Assembly: GCA_051294375.1 (NCBI GenBank)
Contig: CM119263.1
Span: 9,602,432 to 9,666,431 of the forward strand
DNA: 64,000 nucleotides
DNA from: Paraspadella gotoi
Taxonomy: Eukaryota; Animalia; Chaetognatha
Reading direction: 5' to 3'
The position numbers and the translations under genes are program-made. The stretch's first letter is position 1. Each line of letters opens with the position of its first letter. Below are positions 14,272 to 62,239 of the stretch, piece by piece. The notes below the pieces were generated by a model. The model was not told where the DNA came from. It was given only the letters and a program-made list of their open reading frames with translations, and ran no database searches.

Positions 14272-15608
14272 AAGACTCCAACGATGACGAGGAAGATTTA
14301 GTTGACGGCCTTTCTCTCCGCATTTTCGTCGCGGGCGCCATCAATAATCCAAAATATCTTTTTCTCTCTCGCTCTCCCTCTCTCTCTTTCTTCCTCGTTC
14401 TCTCTCTCTCTCTCTATCTCTAATTCCCTCGCTTTCTCCGTCTCCTTCTCCATCTCCCCTTCTTGTTCCGACGACCGTAATTCAATTGGTCCTTTCCTTT
14501 CCATCTCTCTCTCTCTCTCTCTCTTACTCTCTCACGTTCTTTCCTCCGCACGACGAGAGAGAGAGAGAGTAGAGAGAGAGAGACGGATCAGGAGGAGCCA
14601 AACAGGACGCTCGCGAGAAGAGACCGAAGGAAAGTCCGAAGCGACATCTGAGGAAGCAAGCGCGAAGAAGCAGAGCGCGAGAGACGAGAGAGATGGAAGC
14701 CGAGCGAGAGAGAGAAGAGAGAGACGAGAGCAGCGAGCAGACGTGACGACCGACGAAATGCAGAGAGATGAGAGAGATGAAGAGAGAGAGAAGAGAGAAG
14801 AGCTGTCTTTTTTGTTTCTGAAAAAATTNNNNNNNNNNNNNNNNNNNNNNNNNCAAGAATTTTTTTTTTTCAAAGGGAAAAATACAAAAGATTGCATTCC
14901 GTGATTGAGGCTGGCAAAAGGCAGACCGACAATCTGCGCAGACGGACGGAGCAACATCGAAGGCAGAAGAGGAGGCAGGATACACAGAGAGAGAAGCAAG
15001 AGAGACGCGAGTGAGAGAGAAGATTCAGAGGCAGACGAGAGCAGAGAGAGAGAGAGAGAGAGAGAGATGAGAGAAGAGATCGGAGCAGGCAGGAGCAAGC
15101 CAGGAGTCTCGCAAGAAGAAGAGCCGCGAAGGAAACGTCGAAGCGACATCTCGATGGAAGCAAGCGGGAGAAGCAGAAGCGCGAGAGAGGAGAGATGGAA
15201 GGAGCGAGAGAGAGAGAGAGAGAGAGAGAGAGCAGAGAGATGACGACCGAGAAGAGAGAGAAGAGAGAAGAGAAGAGAGAGAGAAGAGAGGAGAGCTGTT
15301 TTTTTGTTTCTGAAAAAATTCCGGAGGAAAGAACGTGAGAGAGTAAGAGAGATGAGAGAGAGAAGAGGGAAAGGAAAGGACAATTGAATTACGGGTCGTC
15401 GAACAAGAAGGGGAGATGGAGAAGGAGACGTGAGAAAGCGAGGGAATTAGAGATAAGAGAGAGAGAGGAGAGAACGAGGAAGAAAGAGAGAGAGGGAGAG
15501 CGAGAGAGAAAAAGATATTTTGGATTATTGATGGCGCTCCGCTGACGAAAATGCGGAGAGCAAAGGCCGCTCAACTAAAATACTTCCAGTCGCTGCATCG
15601 TTGGGAGT
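14272..15608. repeat. Compound duplication around an N-gap (A B gap B' A'rc)
   Basis: ~14272-14550 is the reverse complement of ~15325-15608. ~14555-14828 is a direct copy of ~15045-15322. The copies differ mainly by small indels. Confidence 0.8.
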
Positions 15609-15754
15609 GCTTGCTTGTATGCTTTTTGTGAGCCGTTGAGTTGTAGTGATATGAGGATTCTTGAAGCGATATAAGATTCGCTAATATTTTTTTCTTTTTT
15701 GAGGAATATTTTTAACGGCGGCATACTCTGCAGAAACAAGCCATTGATGCAAGA

Positions 15755-15807
<53 letters not shown>

Positions 15808-16690
15808 GTTCTCGCGCGCCTCAACCATTGTTAAAAAGGGTACAATTTTTTTCCCCTCTCCGTCTCAGCCTGTCTATATCTGTCTCTGTTTTCTCTCTAG
15901 TTTAAAATATCGATTTGCAATAATTGACTCCAGCGGTTTGGACGTCACGTTCCACAAAATTCCGACTCGCAATTTAATTTTTTATGTTATCTTCTGAAAA
16001 ATTGCTAATTATTTTTTTTTACTATATTAGATTCAATTAGACTAAATTTTATATCGAATATAAAAGTTTAATATATTTTTATATGTTATAACTTATCCTA
16101 TCATAACTTATAATCTTCTCTCATTTCGATTTGTTTTTGTTTTTTATTATTATTATTATTTTCTTTGACTCTTCATATCTTGTTTTTTATCCTATATCCT
16201 AGCTAATCCTAATTATGTATACGGACTTAAGGACGTGATCTCATTAATTTCTTCTCATTCTGGAGATTTAACTAAAAAGCAGCTGATTTAATTTTATGAA
16301 TCTTTAACCGTGCAATCAAATCTGATTACTTCGCCCGCAGGATAAACGTTAAAACAAAAGATCGCCATACGCGCAAAGCGGAAATTGCAAGATGGCGGAA
16401 TCGAAGGATCGAAGAATCAAGAAAATGAATTCGATCTTCGGTTCCTCAACAAACATTACCATCCGAGAAGCCAACTGCAATGGAGCAAAGCTTTGACCGA
16501 TAGCGTCATCAGCGAGCGACCGGCGCCCTTCATCAACGACTCACTCATTCAATTCAAGCAACGCCATCTGCAAAAATAAACAGTTCGAGCGCCTGCGTGA
16601 AAGGGTCGGGAAACGAGAGCGGACCCAGCGGCCCGCGAACCATCGAACCATGAGGGGAATTTAGGAAAGGAAATGAAGAAGGACGACAGA

Positions 16691-51758
<35,068 letters not shown>

Positions 51759-53253
51759 CCCAATAGCCCGCGGGACTTAGCGAAATTTGTTTTTTCTTTT
51801 TTTATTCGTCGAAAAAAAAAAAATAGTGAGAACACGTGGTTGTCTTTTTTTTTTCTTGGTTTATTTACACAAATTGCGAAAACTATCGCCAATCTGTTCC
51901 GAAATCTTGCCCATCTAAATTTTATTGTTATTTTAAATTTTTTTTTTCCTTCCCAAATTTATGTCGATTACCTTTCATTTTAATTCGATCTCAAACTTTG
52001 GTATATATATCTCGTCTTTACATTATTTTAAAGTTATTATAATTATCGATTAAGAATTGAAGCGTAGACGCTCGTTCGTTTAAAAATGTAGTGATAATTA
52101 GAACTTAGCCTCGTTACAATCAGGTTCCTTCAAAATGCAAAATAAAAAAATATTAAGTTACAAATAAAAATATCGTGTTGTTATGAAACGAGTTTGTTGC
52201 GACGTAAGGTACTTTAAAAGTTAATTTTCGATCATTAAACAAAACACTGCATTTCAGGTTGGAGTTATGGTTTACATTCTAGTCTATACTTTTATAGAAT
52301 TTGAAGTTTTAGTCAACGGGTACGATCTAACGGAATGAATTTTTCGTTCCTTTACAATTTAATGTATTAGAAAGTCAATCGCATTCGACACGAGTGCAAT
52401 ATCGATTATTATTCGTCATAAAAATGCTTCATGCTCATTCGTAAAGGGTAACTGTGGAATTTTAAAAACGATTGTATTGCGACACCTTTTTGTCCGCGGA
52501 TCGTCGAGCGTGGAATCAACTCCCATTCGTGACCTCAACTTTAAAAAGATATCGAAAAGCAACTCTGCTGCCCACTAACATGAAGCGATACAAGTTTGGA
52601 AATCGTAATTAACAGGCAGTCTCTTTATCGAAGTCAAAAGTTTAATTCTTCCAAGTTTCAACATTAGCAACGCTCGACTACCTTGCAAATCGTTGCAAAT
52701 TAAGATCTAGACATATTTTATTGGTTTCGAATCGAACACTAACACGCGGCACTATTTGGTATTGCAGAGGTACTTTAAAAAATATGATTCCAAACTCGCT
52801 CTTTTTTCTATTATGTATGTTAAACCCATTCCGTTAACTTTCATGTTTATCAATTTAATGAATTACTTGATCGATCTCATTGTCATTATTGATAGGCCCT
52901 AGAGATGGCAATAAACTCATTTCTTTATTTCATTTTTTATATTAGCTACCTGATAATAATTAGGTTGAGCCCATAAAGTTAGATCATGAAGTACGTCCAG
53001 TTTTTGTATTAAAATTTTAATTTATTTACTAAGGGATGTTTTTAAATCTCTTTATAGACTACCTGATATTTTTAGACGGCAACACTGACTCGGTAAAAAA
53101 AAAGGTCGGACTGGTTGAACCGAATTTTTATTCATTTACAAAATAAAATGTAAACAATCTGGTAGACGGCTAAAAACGCGGCGGGTGATAAAAACTTTAA
53201 AATCTTGACCAATAAAGCCAAAGTATAAAATTTAATACGAAGAAAACCTTGCT

Positions 53254-54339
53254 TCAGTTAAGCTTGTAATGAGCAAGAGGAAATTGTAACAAGTCTTCGG
53301 TTTTGGGCACGAACCAACATCTTTGATACTTGTGATGCAACATGTCGAGAATGCTGTGGTCGATAACTTCGACCGTCCTGTTGCGAAAATCGATCTCGTG
53401 CGTTTCGTTGTGAAACACGCCCGATTTGCCCATCAATTCACCTGAATAGATAATTCACGGGATTAGAAATTACTCACCGGTCACCATCTGTTACAATCGT
53501 AAAAATAAACGTTGAAAACGTAATAAGCGAGTCTTACCAATGAGACCGCTGTAAACCGAAGCGGGTCCGCGCGTAGCATACACGCCTAAATAGTGGACCG
53601 ACTCCTTGTCCGCCCCCTTGTAGCGCCTATACTTGCGAGTGTGACGCGTGACGCGGAACTCGGTCCCGTTAAACTTTATGTCCATGATCTTTCGCTTCTC
53701 GTGAACGAGGGTCAGATTCTGCGCCGGGTCGCGGAAGAGGATCTTGCGACGGACGCGACGCGGCCAAGCGACGAGGGCCTCCTTGGCGCCGGAGCCGATC
53801 GACAACGCCGTCGTTGTGACATTGATGACGATGTCGGCGCGGGAGTCGGTGAAGGTGAACTTGCCAAAGTAGGTCGTGTTGTGACCGGCATGCACGTGGA
53901 CGCCGGGAATGAGTAACGCCGTCACATCAAGGACCCCGTCGACGTTAAAGAGGCGATAGACGTCTCCCGGTCGTCCAATGAGGTCGAAGCAGATGTGACC
54001 CTCCACTCCCTGGAAGGTTTTTAAAGTTGGAAAATGATCGGAATTAAAAAAAAAAGTGATATTTAGTAATTAAACATGTATTAAACGCCTACAACTATAT
54101 AACATCAAAAAGAGACATGGTTTTTATTTTTTTTACTATAGGAAATTATTTGCAAATATAAAACCAGTTTTGAGTAACCTTACCTTTAGTTTAAAGCCGA
54201 GGTGCGGATCGTAGTTGCCGAAGCCAGCGACGTCGTCGAAGTCACACCAGGCGGGCGGCGGACGGTATGACCATGCGATGACGTCGACCACGAAAGCGGC
54301 CAGAAGTATAGGGGCCAAAAGGAGCAAAGAGCCACTCAT
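53254..54339 (-). CDS. Secreted protein made of a stand-alone inter-alpha-trypsin inhibitor heavy chain C-terminal (ITI_HC_C-like) domain
   Basis: Exons 54339-54184, 54009-53538 and 53441-53254 splice in phase. Signal peptide MSGSLLLLAPILLAAFVVDVIA, then motifs YDPHL, ICFDLIGRPGDVYRL, TYFGKF, YLGVY, SGLIGEL and CWFV, in the order seen in the ITIH C-terminal domain. Confidence 0.8.
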
Positions 54340-56669
54340 GGCCGAGTTCTAGCCAATTTAATATAAAACTAATTTAACTGATTAAAGCGGTTTTGCGTTT
54401 GTATGAAAAAAAAATCACGAAAGGCTCCCAAAGGTGACGAATAATTAGTTAAAATGTCTCGTCGTTGGGCGGGAAACTTTTCTATTGGTCAACGAGCGAA
54501 TAAGCAAGAATTCATTACGATTGGTGTAAAGTCTTCTCTCCAGAACTGGGGTAAGTTTTAATTAGACAAAAGGGCAAGTAATAATTTTTAGAAGCCCGTT
54601 CATATAAATTAGATTTTTGACCACAAAGAAAAGATTCATTCTAAAAATGAAATAAAGATCGGCACTTACATTTCAGAGCGAGATTACAATATCTACTATA
54701 CGTTGTTTGTGCGTTAATGTTTCTCATCTGTCATACGAACAATTAGATTTGAAAAAAAGAAATAAAATATTCCAGACCCCAAAATTGATTCCTGTACCTG
54801 CCCTTCCCCGTTTTTTCTTTAAATCTAATAACGCGTCCGATAAAATTATCGGAGCCTTCTGGGTTTTCGAGTCATCGACCGTCGACGCCCGAATGACGTC
54901 ATCGGAGTTTTCCGGAAACGGCGCCTCTCTCGGCGTTGGATTTCCGGCGCTCGATGATTCCGCCCCCGACCGGTGGACCGATTCCATCCGCGTCCCAGTT
55001 TATTGTTTCAAATCGGATTGAGATCGAGGAAATTTCGCTGACGTCGTCAGAGTGGATGGAAATCGCGGCCGAAGAACCTTGTTGTTGTTGTAGTTGTTGT
55101 GTTAATAATTGTTTTTGTTGTCGTTTTCGTCATCTCGGTTATCTTTTGACGCATTTTCCCGGCCGTCGTTGCGTCGGCAAACGTATATTTATCAGAAATG
55201 GGTATTTTTTTCTCCGATTAATTTTTTTTTTAAATATTTTATTTTACTTTTATGGTGGACTATATGGTGGACTAAAATCCACCAACCTTTTGAAATTGTT
55301 TTCCATTTTTTATATACTATTTTTTTTCTCAATTGCTCGTCAGAGTTTTTTACTTTGCACATTGTACAATCCACAACATACATTTTTTCTGTTTAAAAAA
55401 GGGGAATCAGACCAATGTCATTTTGTGACCGTCATTCCCGAATTTAGAAAAATAATTATTCGATAGGGATAACGTTTGACAGCCCGTGAAATCTGATTAA
55501 TATTCTGTGTACGGTAGAAGATAATATCGAAAATTATGTCGACGCGGAACTAAAATCAATTTTTAATATTTTAACCAACAAAGCAAGGAAATTTATTTTC
55601 CGTTTACTGTTATTGTTATTGTTTTTTGTTTTTGGTTTGTTTTTTTTCGGCAGCAAACATCCCCCATCTACGGAACCATCGCGCGGTAATTGGATTTTGC
55701 AGAGTCCAAGTCACACAGTGCCGAGCGGGCGACCCTTGAGCTCCGCTGTTATCGACCCTCGGCAAACACGTCCATCATTTTTTTTTTCGGAAATCTCCGA
55801 GCCGAACGCAAACTCTTTGGCCGCTTCAAACACAAACTGTTTTGCCGGTGAAAAAAAAAGTAAACGAGGACGTAATAACTGGAGCCAGAACATTTTTTTT
55901 TCTCGAAAAACTCGGTACATGACAAAATGTCGAGAGAGATACAAGATTAACCAGCGAAAACACTCGAGAAACACCCGACTGAGAAAATTTGTGGACAATT
56001 TAACTGATCAAACAAATTGAGACATGATTTGGAAATAAGACCAAAAAAAATTGTCAAAAAGTCTAAGAGGACAAAAATCTCCGGAAAATAATATGATTGC
56101 GGTTACAGACTTATTCTCCCTTATAAATTTTCGTTGAATAATTTTTGAAAAAAGGAACTTTCACCGCCTAATCCTAATTTACATTTTTGCGTCCTTTTTC
56201 GTCGTTTTCCAATTTCCTGTTCGTCGTATCATATTCTCCAAGTCGAATCGTCGTTCGACTTTCGCTCTTCTCCACATCTTTCCCTTTTCTTTCATCTTTC
56301 CACTTCGCCATTCGTCTTTCGCCTTTGGAATTCGTCTCTCACGCAAAGAGTCGAGTTTTTTCATCAATCTTTTTCCCCCATCACTTTTTTTTTTCCTCCC
56401 GCATTTCCTCGCGTTTTTTTTTCAAATATCAAACTAAAAATCAAAGAAGAAAATGACTGATGACTTTTTGTTCACGAATTTCGCTATTTGAATGTTGAGA
56501 CTTGAAAATAGAACAAGAAGAAAAGGCGTTAAGAACGAAATTTTCTTTCAAATACCGAATCGGTTTTAAGCTTTCTTTTCTCAATACGTCTTCCACTCCG
56601 AACAAGTCTACCTCTAAAGCCGACACGTCGGATTCAGTTCTAACCCCTATTTCCCAACACCCACCAACC

Positions 56670-57033
56670 ATGACCTCGTCCCCGCCGCCGCCTCCCTTCT
56701 ACCCCTCCACCCTTCCGTCGGAGTTCGCCTCGACGACCGTCAATTTCTCCTCGGAATGCTGCGCGAAGTTCGGCGCAGGCGACACCTGCTCCCGCAGACT
56801 CGACGCCATCCGCGGGCAACGCCCCCTTCCGGCGTGCCACGAGCGCTCGTCCCGTTTTCACGGAACGGAGGACAACGACGCGTTTGCCCACTTCAGCACG
56901 GCGATCGGATTGGGGGGAGTTGTTCTTAACATCTTGACGATCGTGGTGCTCGTCAGACAGGCGGGTAAGGCACTCATAAGTACGCACTTACTTACTTAGA
57001 CACCTATCGACTAATCAACAAACAAAAATAGAT

Positions 57034-57110
<77 letters not shown>

Positions 57111-59188
57111 CAAAGAAACAAACAAACAAACAAACAAAGACACAAAGAAATTAAAAGAGAGAGAGGCAGACAGACAGAATTACAATCTGATAAACGGACA
57201 GGCTTTTTCGACCTCCCCCCTCTCTCCTTCCAGGCACCCGCTCCACCCCCGCATCATCATGATCGCCCTCGCCGTCTCCGACACCCTCGAGATCCTCTCT
57301 CTCCTCCAAGGGAACCTCCAGTTCTTTGTCGCCGACAAGCACCATTGGGTGCATCAGTTGATCGTCCGCAATGTCTCTTGGTTCTATCCGTTGCAGATGG
57401 CGTCGACGACCTTCAATCGCGGCCTCATGCTGTTGATGACCTTCGAGCGATGGACGGTCATCTGCCGCCCTCTCACGTCGATCCGCAAGTTTCAGGAGAA
57501 GCGACGCGTCGTCGTCTGCTTGGTGGCTTTGGCGGTGGCGTCGGCGGCGCTCAATCTCCCGCGCGCCTGGGAATTTCGTACCAAACCGATTGTCGAGTGA
57601 CGAGGATGAGCGGCGGGGGCGGGGGCGGGGGAAAGGCAGAGTGGCGGTGAGTCGGCCAATGAGAGTTTCGACGACGGAGGTGGAAACGGAACTGGAGGAG
57701 CGGACAAGGGAGTTGGGGCGGCTTCGTTAACGTTAGCTTCGTCGACGAAGCCGTTGACAACTCCAGCACCTCGTCCACTCCATCTCCTCCTCCTCGCAGA
57801 ATCAAGAGTTCCGGTACAGGATCGTCCCTCGCATGGACTACTCCTGCAACTCGGCCTACAAGATTGGCTACAGGTCGTTCGTAAGTCAGCTGCTCAATTT
57901 CGCGATTCCACTGGTGACGATGGCGGTGTTCAACGGGATGGCCATCTACGTGGCTGCTCAAGAGTCGAGAGTCCTTGAGGGTCAGTTCATTTCATTTTTA
58001 TTGTTAGTTTATTTAGAGACTAGCATGTTTCGGTACAGGGAAATCGGAAGGCCAAGCCAAGCGCAACTGTCTATGAAAGGCAAACATACAGAATTACATA
58101 TATATCACCTAGTAAAGCATGGGGTTATCAGACTAGTATGCTGAACCAACAATGATTAGACTGGAATCAATGTTAAATTTTTTTAAATTAATCTACAGAA
58201 CAACATCTCGAGCGGACAGCAGCCAACGGGTCTCTCCCAAATGTGCGTCGTCGTCGTCGCCGTCTACATCGTGCTTCAGATTCCCTACCTCATTCGGCAG
58301 ATTTACGTCGCCTCTGAGGAACTCGAGTTTTGCGCGTAAGGAGTTGTTGTTGTTGTCTTTTGGCGATTGGCAGTAATGATTTACAGATGTTCAGATTCAA
58401 ATATACTCGACTCCTGGTTTCGATTTGACCTTGATTTTAAATTTTTGAACAAAATAGAAAATTTAAGTTGCTACTTGTCTTAATATAAGCGTCCAAAATG
58501 ATTAACTTTTCTGTCTCCATATAACTTATTAAGTTTTATTTACCCGCCCTATCAACTTTCGCAGGAGGTATCAATGCGAGCAAGAAGTTTTGTCTCTCTC
58601 CCTCCGTAGGTCGTGCCCGCTCGTCGCCTCTTCGACAACACGTGTAACTCGACCGCGTGCGAGGATTATTGCGCGTACAGATGGCGTCTGAGCGAGTGTC
58701 GTCGCACGTGCGACAAGCTCCACCTGAGTCCACCGCCCGCCGTTCAAAAGACCCTGACGACGGTGGCGCGTGCGTTGCTCATGGCCAATTGCTGCGTCAA
58801 CTTCTTCGTCTACTTCGCCTTCGGACGCAGCTTCAGGGAGGCGTTCCTGGCGCTGGTAGCGCCGTGGAGGCGCGACGCCGGCCGTCGGAGGGCGTCTCAG
58901 TCGTCGCCGACCGGGACCCTCTCCACGCGAGTCAAACAGGGAGTGGGATGGGAAGGGCGAAGTCTGATCGTCAGGGGGGCGACGACGAAGATGAAGACGC
59001 CGACGGAGGGTGTGGGTCAGGAAGGTGGGGTGGACGGAGTGGGGAAAGAGCTCGCGGGGGTTGAGGGTGGTGGAGTGAAAGGGAAAGAAGAAGAGAACGG
59101 AAAGGCAAAGGGGTGTCGTTTCGATATTAAAAAAATATTTAAAAAAGGAGAAGGGGGAAAAGATGAGAAAAAAGAATCATTTTTGTGA
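56670..59188 (+). CDS. Class A peptide GPCR, FMRFamide/sex-peptide-receptor-like
   Basis: Exons 56670-56964, 57234-57980, 58199-58335, 58610-59188. TM1 GLGGVVLNILTIVVL, TM2 ALAVSD, TM3 MTFERWTVICRPL, TM4 LNLPRAWE, TM5 NFAIPLVTMAVFN, TM6 VYIVLQIPY, TM7 NCCVNFFVYFAFGRSFR. Several single-base frameshifts, likely assembly errors. Confidence 0.85.
57035..57150. repeat. (AGAA)n/(ACAA)n tetranucleotide microsatellite
   Basis: Run in GPCR intron 1. Confidence 0.9.
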
Positions 59189-60717
59189 TTTCAGGTTGAT
59201 ACAACATAAAATAACAATATTTAAAAAAAAACCTTTCTCTATGTTAGAATGTTTAATTGCTTCTTCATCGATATTTTTATTTAATTCCTTGTAATACGGC
59301 TTTTCCTTTTTATCTCCTTTTTATCATTAATTTTTTTGCGCACCAAGAGATTTTAAAACAAGACATCCAAAAAAAATTGTTAAGAATCCTTCAACTTATT
59401 CTTATCCCAGTCGAATTATATTTCAATGTTTGTAAATACGATTACTTTTCATCCGTTAAAAAGATAGGAGGATGGTCTGAAGGAGAGAGTTAACTCGGAC
59501 ATGACATCGTCTGCAAGGCTGGAGTCGCCATACGAGAACACGACAACATGGACATCCGTCGGCGGGAGTTCGAGAAATCGCAGATCGAATGAAGGAGGCG
59601 AGAGATCGAGTCCAGGAACAGTTCGACGCTTAAAAAGGTTATTGAGTTCATTTCACCGATCAATAACATCATTCAATCATCACTAGAAAGTAACGCTATC
59701 GCTTAGGCTGTCAATTAAGCAGTCAATAGAGCGTCATCCATCATTCCCGAAAATATTCTGCGTTTAACTGATTTTAAACTGTTTCTAATCTAAATCCCAA
59801 ATGCTCCAATACAGGTCCATAGAGGCGGGACTCGGAGATTTGAACGAATCGATCGGGGACGAGCAGGTGGAGATCACGGAGGCCGATTTGGAGAACAATC
59901 GATCCCGAGGAGTTGGAGCCTTTTTGAAGAACTTCTGACGAGCGCGTGGATGACGAAGAGAGCGATCGGAGATGACCTCATTCGAGTCCGAGCGATTTGA
60001 ACCTTCCTCTCGACTCGTGGAAAATTTTAGCTCATATTAGCTGATTGGATCGTAATTTATTCTGTGAAATTTTTTGTTACTTTTCACTTTGAATGATCAT
60101 TGCAGATTATTTATTTTGTTGATTAAGACATTGACATTGACAATGGATTTTATTTGGAAATGGTTTAAGCCATTTATAAATTGAAATAAGCCACTTCACG
60201 AGACATTTACCAGCAGCGGGTTATTTAGTATTTGCGAAACGAGCTTGTTTTTTATAATATCGATGGATACTNNNNNNNNNNNNNNNNNNNNNNNNNNNNN
60301 NNNNNNNNNNNNNNNNNNNNNNNNNNNNNNNNNNNNNNNNNNNNNNNNNNNNNNNNNNNNNNNNNNNNNNNNNNNNNNNNNNNNNNNNNNNNNNNNNNNN
60401 NNNNNNNNNNNNNNNNNNNNNNNNNNNNNNNNNNNNNNNNNNNNNNNNNNNNNNNNNNNNNNNNNNNNNNNNNNNNNNNNNNNNNNNNNNNNNNNNNNNN
60501 NNNNNNNNNNNNNNNNNNNNNNNNNNNNNNNNNNNNNNNNNNNNNNNNNNNNNNNNNNNNNNNNNNNNNNNNNNNNNNNNNNNNNNNNNNNNNNNNNNNN
60601 NNNNNNNNNNNNNNNNNNNNNNNNNNNNNNNNNNNNNNNNNNNNNNNNNNNNNNNNNNNNNNNNNNNNNNNNNNNNNNNNNNNNNNNNNNNNNNNNNNNN
60701 NNNNNNNNNNNNNNNNA

Positions 60718-62180
60718 CTCATTTAATCAATCAATATACCGGTCAAAAAACGAATTTGAAATGATAATATTTCCTTGCCTTCATCATGGCCACATTCGAG
60801 GTCGGCCCGTCCGTCTCATCCATTAAATGTTCTTTTATTTTCTTGTGGAGTTCCGCGTATTTTTCGTTGTCTCGATTTCGCCTCAGATCGCGCAAATCTT
60901 TTTCGACTCTGCAATTCGAAATTTACAAAACAATTAACTATTAAAGGTAGGATAATAATAAATACAGAACGAAATTTCATATTTTTAGTCGTATCACTGA
61001 TGAAAATCAAGAGCGACTATAATTCATTTGCAGTATTAAGACAGTGAAGAAGTAAGAAGTGACCTTTCAGGTACAAAGTGTCAATAAAAAAAAATTGTTG
61101 AATTTAATTTTACCTGTTGATCTCTTTTTCGTTCAAATCCGCCCTCTGTCTCTCGATCTCGATCTCTTTCTGTAGATTTCTGTTCTCTTCCGCCTAAAAA
61201 TAAAATTCGGGAGGAAAAACTTTAAAATGATGAATCCGAAGCTTTTTCTGAAACATAAATAAAATCTATTAAAAAAAAAATAAAATGGTACACATAATAA
61301 ATATTACTGCTGTTTTCCCCACTCCCAGTCACTCCCTCTCTCTCCTCGCCTTGAGCGCGATGGCTTCTTGCAATTCTCGGATTCGCGTCTGCGAAAAACC
61401 GGCGTCGGCTTTGGCGCGAGTTCCAGCTTCAGAGAACCGGCGCGCAGACCGAGCCTCAACGTCGACCGCAACGCCGTCGCTCGCGCCAAAGCCACGGCCG
61501 GTCGGTTTTTCGCAAGACGGAATCACTGAGAATTGCAAGAAGCCATGCGCGCTCAAGGCGAGGAGAGAGAGGAGTGATGGGAGTGGGGAAAACAGCAGTA
61601 ATATTTATTATGGTGTACCATTTTATTTTTTTTTAATAGATTTTATTTATGTCAGAAAAAGCTTCGGATCATCATTTTAAAGTTTTTCCTCCCGAATTTA
61701 TTTTTAGCCGGAAGATAACAGAAATCTACAGAAAGAGATCGAGATCGAGAGACAGAGGGCGGATTTGACGAAAAAGAGAATCAAGACAGGTAAAATAAAT
61801 TCAACAATTTTTTTTTATTAACACTTTTGTACCCTGAAAGTCACTTCTTACTTCTTCAGTCTAATACTTGCAAATGAATTATTAGTCGCTCTTGATTTCA
61901 TCAGTGATACGGACTAAAAATATGAAAATTTCGGTTCTGTATTTATTATTATCCTACCTTTAATATTAATTGTTTTGTCAAATTTCGGAAATGCAGAGTC
62001 GGAAAGATTTCGCGATCTGAGGCGAAATCGAAGACAACGAAAAAAATACGCGGAACTCACAAGAAAATAAGAAACATTAATGGATGAGACGGACGGGCCG
62101 ACTCGAAATGTGGCGATTGATGAAGGCAAGGAAATATTATCATTTCAATCGTTTTTGAACCGGTATATTGATTTGATTAA
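60718..62180. repeat. ~1.45-kb near-palindrome
   Basis: ~60718-61420 is the reverse complement of ~61480-62180, with a ~60-bp loop; starts at the gap edge. Confidence 0.9.
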
Positions 62181-62239
62181 CAGTAGTATTAGATAGACTG
62201 ACCTATCATTTATTATTTATTAATTTATATAACTGCCTA

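Noticed and set aside
54840-55180. GC-rich block as a coding exon
   Set aside because: No consistent frame, splice pair or motif; may be regulatory or UTR sequence between divergent genes.
60232-60826. ORFs spanning the N-run
   Set aside because: Artefacts of translating the assembly gap.
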